From the NCBI GenBank assembly GCA_047495785.1, contig JBLDXI010000010.1, positions 682,001 through 746,000 on the forward strand: a DNA stretch of 64,000 nucleotides. Reading direction: 5' to 3'. Under the pieces are notes generated by a model. That model was not told where the DNA came from and did not search any database. It saw only the letters and a list, made by a program, of their open reading frames with translations. The DNA comes from Lepidodermella squamata. Lineage: Eukaryota; Animalia; Gastrotricha. Positions within the stretch are counted from its first letter, which is position 1. The number at the start of each line of letters is the position of its first letter. The position numbers and the translations under genes are program-made. Below, one piece after another: positions 59,668 through 64,000 of this stretch.

Positions 59668-60287
59668 ATGGATAAAGCCAATATTTTGATTTTGCTATGT
59701 ACACTGATAGGTAAGGATAAATTCAATATCAAATTGTAATGTTCTATTTATCATTCTAATTGGCAGTGTTTGGATCTGCTTTAGCTGAAGAAATTACTAC
59801 AACATCACCAGCCGTTCTCGAAATCGATCTAAGCAGTTTGTTTTCGAGCAGCAAATCTTTTCTGGGAGATTTGGCCGACAAGTTTAACAGTGCTGGCAGC
59901 GAGTTTTTTGACACGGCCACAGATTTCGTCAAAAGCAAGATCAATGAAGTAGCCGATAAAATCAAAGCTAGCGCCGATGAAACAGCTCGTGAAGCGAAAG
60001 AAGAATTGAAAGACCTGGAAACTATGATCAACAAAGCAGTCATTCAATCAAGGACTGAAGTTGCAGAGCTTATCGCCCCACCAAAGCAAAGCTCGACCGA
60101 ATCGGACCAAGAAGCTAAGAAGGACCTTCAAGAGTTGGAATCCCTCATCAAACATGCAGTTTACAAGTCAAAAGCTGAATTCGCTCCGCTCGTCGCGCCG
60201 CCTAATGCAGCGAACAGATCTGATAAAATGTGTTTCAGCACAATTGCTCGGCTTCTGCCAATCTTTATTTTTGCGTCAATTGTTTAA
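59668..60287 (+). CDS. Secreted, probably GPI-anchored amphipathic helical protein, 2 exons
   Basis: Intron 59711-59766 yields signal peptide MDKANILILLCTLIVFGSALA; internal duplication EAK..L..LE..I..AV..S..E.A.L.APP; hydrophobic C-terminus. Confidence 0.7.
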
Positions 60288-61471
60288 CTTTTTTGAGACA
60301 ATGGCTAATTTAATAACGTCTTGCTTCAAGATAATTTGCATATTCTTTACATTTGAAGCCAGTAAACGGAAGGAATGCTAAAAATGTATCGGTTTAATTC
60401 AAAGGATCCATATCCAGTATAGGATTCACCTTTTGCCAAAAAAGTCAGCATAGTTTTCAATCGATTTGATATCGAAGTGAACCAGTTCGATTCCAAAGGT
60501 GTCTGAATAGCTCCTCACATTCACAATCACTTCACAAAAATTTAGGATAATTATATTATTTTTAGCTTCCACGATCTTGAAATTGAAATCAAGTTAATTA
60601 TTCGAATGAGTCAGTCATGTATTAATATCATTTTTACACGTTTCTAAAGTTAATCAAATAGCTGGGTTCATAATTCGAATGAGTTCATTTCAAGGACAGT
60701 TCGCGCATCTGATAAGGTACCGGTTACTCGCGAATTCTGAAGATTTCGTAACAGCTCGTGAATGCGTGGAAGAAAATTCCTATTCGGTAGAAAGGGGAAA
60801 TTCGGAATCAAACAATTCTGAAAATTCTTGAAGCACGCAACCTATTGGCGTAACCCTCGAAAACAAGTTGCCCAACTTGGCCAAAAAAATTTCTAATTTT
60901 GTTCAATATTATCAATAACGTCTAAATGTCTATTCTGTTTCACTGCTGAATATTACAATTGAGAAGGTCTATGAAAATCCCCCTTTAAAGTCCGTCAACA
61001 TGGAAGCATTCAAAACTGATGTGCCTGAAGTATCCACTTCGTTCTCCGTGATGGCTCAGCGGATTGCGTAAGAACGCGATGAAAGCTACCGATTGAGAAG
61101 ATTAATAAAGAAAATAAAGAAGATTAATATAGTCTGTCAGAAAGCTGGCACCAGCTGCGTCCCATCTCAAGATCTGTCGGAATAGTTTGTAACTTCCTGA
61201 GAGGGTTAAACGCAGAACAAATACTTTGTGATTGCAGGGATTACTTCCTGAATTGTTTTTCCAGTTCAAGCCAAAGCCCGCTCCTCAGACCGCAGACCGC
61301 AAATAAGAGACGGAACCTATGGCTTTGCCATGCGAAAGCAATCCGAAAACATCCGATGGGGCTTCCCTGTCTCAAGATCACTCGTATTTCAGTTTCGTGC
61401 TAAAAATATCTATCATCGATCAAAGTTCGCTTTTTCTTGGCTTTCACTCATGTTGTGACATGTATAACTTG

Positions 61472-61740
61472 ATGTGGACCATTTGGCTAACTTTAATGCT
61501 CCTCGTCGAAAGCCTGAAAGACACGTTTCCCTGAGACTAAGCGGGATTACGTCCGTCCATTACAAGACTATTCCCCGCCATATTAACTAAAATCTTGATG
61601 CATGTCAAAGGAATTCGTGGCAGAATTCTCAAAATCAAATTAAATCTCGAAATGAATTTTGTCTCAGAGGAACCTTCTTCAGGAGCACTGAAATTAGCAG
61701 AATTATCCACGTCAGGGCAGTTCGAACTTCGTGCGTGATT
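61472..61740 (+). pseudogene. 5' relic of a GABA-B-like receptor related to the 44885 gene
   Basis: MWTIWLTLMLLVESLKD-(frameshift)-LRL resembles MHTLTWSLLLTSVLLVEGLKDVPLRL. Confidence 0.5.
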
Positions 61741-62129
61741 AAAGATTAAAAGCCAAACTTGCACTAGACAGCAGAAGAGCCCGCCAAGTCGCCTTTGATA
61801 CGCTTATTTATAATCAGACATATTAGCAGACGCCTAGGTATACAAGACATAAGTGATATATGAAGCATGTTATGAATGAGCTATTAATAGGCGTACTGAT
61901 AGCTGATAGGTATCGTATGTTCTACTGCGAGCGTGTTACACAATCACTATACAAAAATTTGCGGTAATTATTTTATTTTGAGTTTTGAAACTGAATTCGA
62001 GTTAATTATTCGAATGAGTCAGTTTCGCATATCTGAAGCTAATTTTCGAATGAGTCATTGAAGCCTTTAAGAAGGAAACGTTTAGCTCCATTCGATTCAC
62101 TTTGTAACTTTCAGCATTTATTTCTAGCA

Positions 62130-64000
62130 ATGGATTCGAAATTAATTATTGCTTATCTCACTATCGTCTCAATTCAAACAGTCGTCTGTGACTTGACAAA
62201 GTTGAGGATTCCAACATTTGTCCCAATAACTGGGAACTATCCGTTCACTGGCTACGAATGTATAGCTGCTAGCAAGCTGGCAGTGCAAAAGGCTATAAAG
62301 GACTGGAATGCTTTGCCGGGCTATAATATCGAACAAGTCATTGTGGACGAGGGACAGGACGGGTCACTGGCAGCTCGAAATGGAGTCAATTTCTATCGAC
62401 AAACGATCGACGATCAAGACAATTCCGTGAATTCTCCGCTCATTCTTGGTGGATACTATTCAACCGGCTGTAAAGCTCTTGGCTCGGCTGTTCATCACAT
62501 GAACACTGTTCTGCTTGGACTGAAATGCAGCTCTTACCTTCTGACGAATCGGAAAGCCTTCCCGAACCTCTATCTATCAGTGGCTACGAGTGACTTGAGC
62601 ACCTACGGCTATCTTAACTTCATCCGCCGCTTCGGAAAATGGAACTCGATCGCCATACTCTTCTATTTGAGCAATGTCATTGATACCACAACAGCTCAGC
62701 TCACCTATGAACAGGCGTTGAAGATGAATATGACGGTTTCTTACTACGCTGGCTTCATGGAAATGCCTGATGAAAGCTCGTTGTTGGCACTGAAGAAAAG
62801 CGACGCAAGAATTGTGATTCTATGGCTGCAAAACCCAACGCTTCACATCCAATTCTATTGCCACGCACATCGCTTAGGCATGACAGGGCCGAGGTACACG
62901 TTTTTCACTCAGTTGAGGTTCACAGCGAAATCACTGGTTGAAGGTACCATCCCTGGGTGTACTGGTGATATGATCCAAGAGCAATTGAAGTCGGTGATTG
63001 TGGCCCAGCCGGCGACTACCCCTCTGAAAATCACCCCAGCCACCGAAGCTTTCGAACGAAATCTTGATCTAGCCACAAACAGTTCGCGCGGAACGGATCA
63101 CCAGCTACGCTACATGTGCCACGATGGAACTTACGCAGGCGTCATGGCTTTAGATGCGGCTGAGAAACGCCTCCAGGCGATGAATATGTCTCTACGCGAT
63201 TATTCTAAACATCCAACATTCGTAGCGTCAGTTTTAAGGGAATCTTTGGCGAGCCTTGACGTCCCGGCGATTCGAACAGAACACTTCAAGTATGGGACAA
63301 CCGGGAAGTTTGGAGCCGATGTTCTCAAAATGCAACGTTGGATGTGGCCGAATGAATCTACCGATACAACAGTGGCGATTGTGCGGCAGCTCGACAGCAC
63401 AAGCGGCCTTAACTGGTACGACTATGCGATAGAGAAATTTGTCGACGAGCTGCCTTGGAACACTGCGAACAAGGAACCACCGAACGACAAGGCTCAAACT
63501 CGATTCATCTCACCCGATGATTCTCTGGCACTGCTCCTCGTCATCACTCTTTTCAATCTGGTTAACCAATGCGTGTTAAATGGGAAACTGTTTTTCCATT
63601 TCTTCCGAAACAAGCAGTATCGATTGATATCTGAACAATTGACAGCAATTGGGGCAATTGGAACTACCCTGTTAAACTGTGCGGCAATTGTCTTCGCCCT
63701 TCCCGATCAATATGCTGTCGATCAATTGTCGCTGTGGAAAGTTCGGTTTGCTCTAGCAGTTTTGGCGGCGTCTCTGATCAACGGATGCCTATTCGCCAGA
63801 GCTTATATGCTCAAGCCTGATATCGATGGCCAAGAAGCTGAACCCACGACTGTCGAAATCAGAATGAAAATGATGAAGGGTTATGGTGGCTTTTTGGCTG
63901 TCAACGTCATTGTTCTAGCATTATGGTTGGCGCCTAATGGTTTCATCGATTCGATGGGTTGCTTCTTAGAGCAATGGCCCCCGGTTTCCTCTGAATCACT
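62130..64000 (+). CDS. GABA-B-like class C GPCR, intronless so far, runs off the window end (absent from the ORF track)
   Basis: ATG 62130: MDSKLIIAYLTIVSIQTVVC.. ALPGYNI.. PLILGGYYSTGCKALG.. LTNRKAFPNLY.. CHAHRLGMTGPRY.. WNTANKEPPND, then TM helices. Confidence 0.85.
   Translation, partial: MDSKLIIAYLTIVSIQTVVCDLTKLRIPTFVPITGNYPFTGYECIAASKLAVQKAIKDWNALPGYNIEQVIVDEGQDGSLAARNGVNFYRQTIDDQDNSVNSPLILGGYYSTGCKALGSAVHHMNTVLLGLKCSSYLLTNRKAFPNLYLSVATSDLSTYGYLNFIRRFGKWNSIAILFYLSNVIDTTTAQLTYEQALKMNMTVSYYAGFMEMPDESSLLALKKSDARIVILWLQNPTLHIQFYCHAHRLGMTGPRYTFFTQLRFTAKSLVEGTIPGCTGDMIQEQLKSVIVAQPATTPLKITPATEAFERNLDLATNSSRGTDHQLRYMCHDGTYAGVMALDAAEKRLQAMNMSLRDYSKHPTFVASVLRESLASLDVPAIRTEHFKYGTTGKFGADVLKMQRWMWPNESTDTTVAIVRQLDSTSGLNWYDYAIEKFVDELPWNTANKEPPNDKAQTRFISPDDSLALLLVITLFNLVNQCVLNGKLFFHFFRNKQYRLISEQLTAIGAIGTTLLNCAAIVFALPDQYAVDQLSLWKVRFALAVLAASLINGCLFARAYMLKPDIDGQEAEPTTVEIRMKMMKGYGGFLAVNVIVLALWLAPNGFIDSMGCFLEQWPPVSSES

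Overview
Eukaryotic, almost certainly metazoan (invertebrate) DNA from a compact genome. Many genes are intronless, and nearly all host introns I could delimit are GT-AG and 48-58 nt. 1-27 kb is gene-dense: an ankyrin/SOCS-box gene, five DRAM/TMEM150 paralogues, two CNDP2-type M20 dipeptidases (one missing a conserved active-site Glu), a GABA-B-like class C GPCR, an atypical Cys-loop channel, four tandem secreted prolyl-4-hydroxylase-alpha-like genes and a secreted M13 peptidase. 27-41 kb is transposon-rich. Its main element is a ~5 kb DNA transposon with a Zator/ISAzo13(TP36)-like DDE transposase that also carries a second, divergently transcribed, apparently intact 5-exon gene of unknown function. 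The region also holds a 9-bp-TSD MULE carrying a decayed Ulp1-like protease, several MITEs/palindromes and a LINE gag relic. 41-64 kb holds a NEK-like kinase, a UGT, an orphan secreted repeat protein, a putative GPI-anchored helical protein and five more GABA-B-like receptor loci (intact, broken or relic). All family calls are from motif recognition by eye. No database search was run and the species is not identified.
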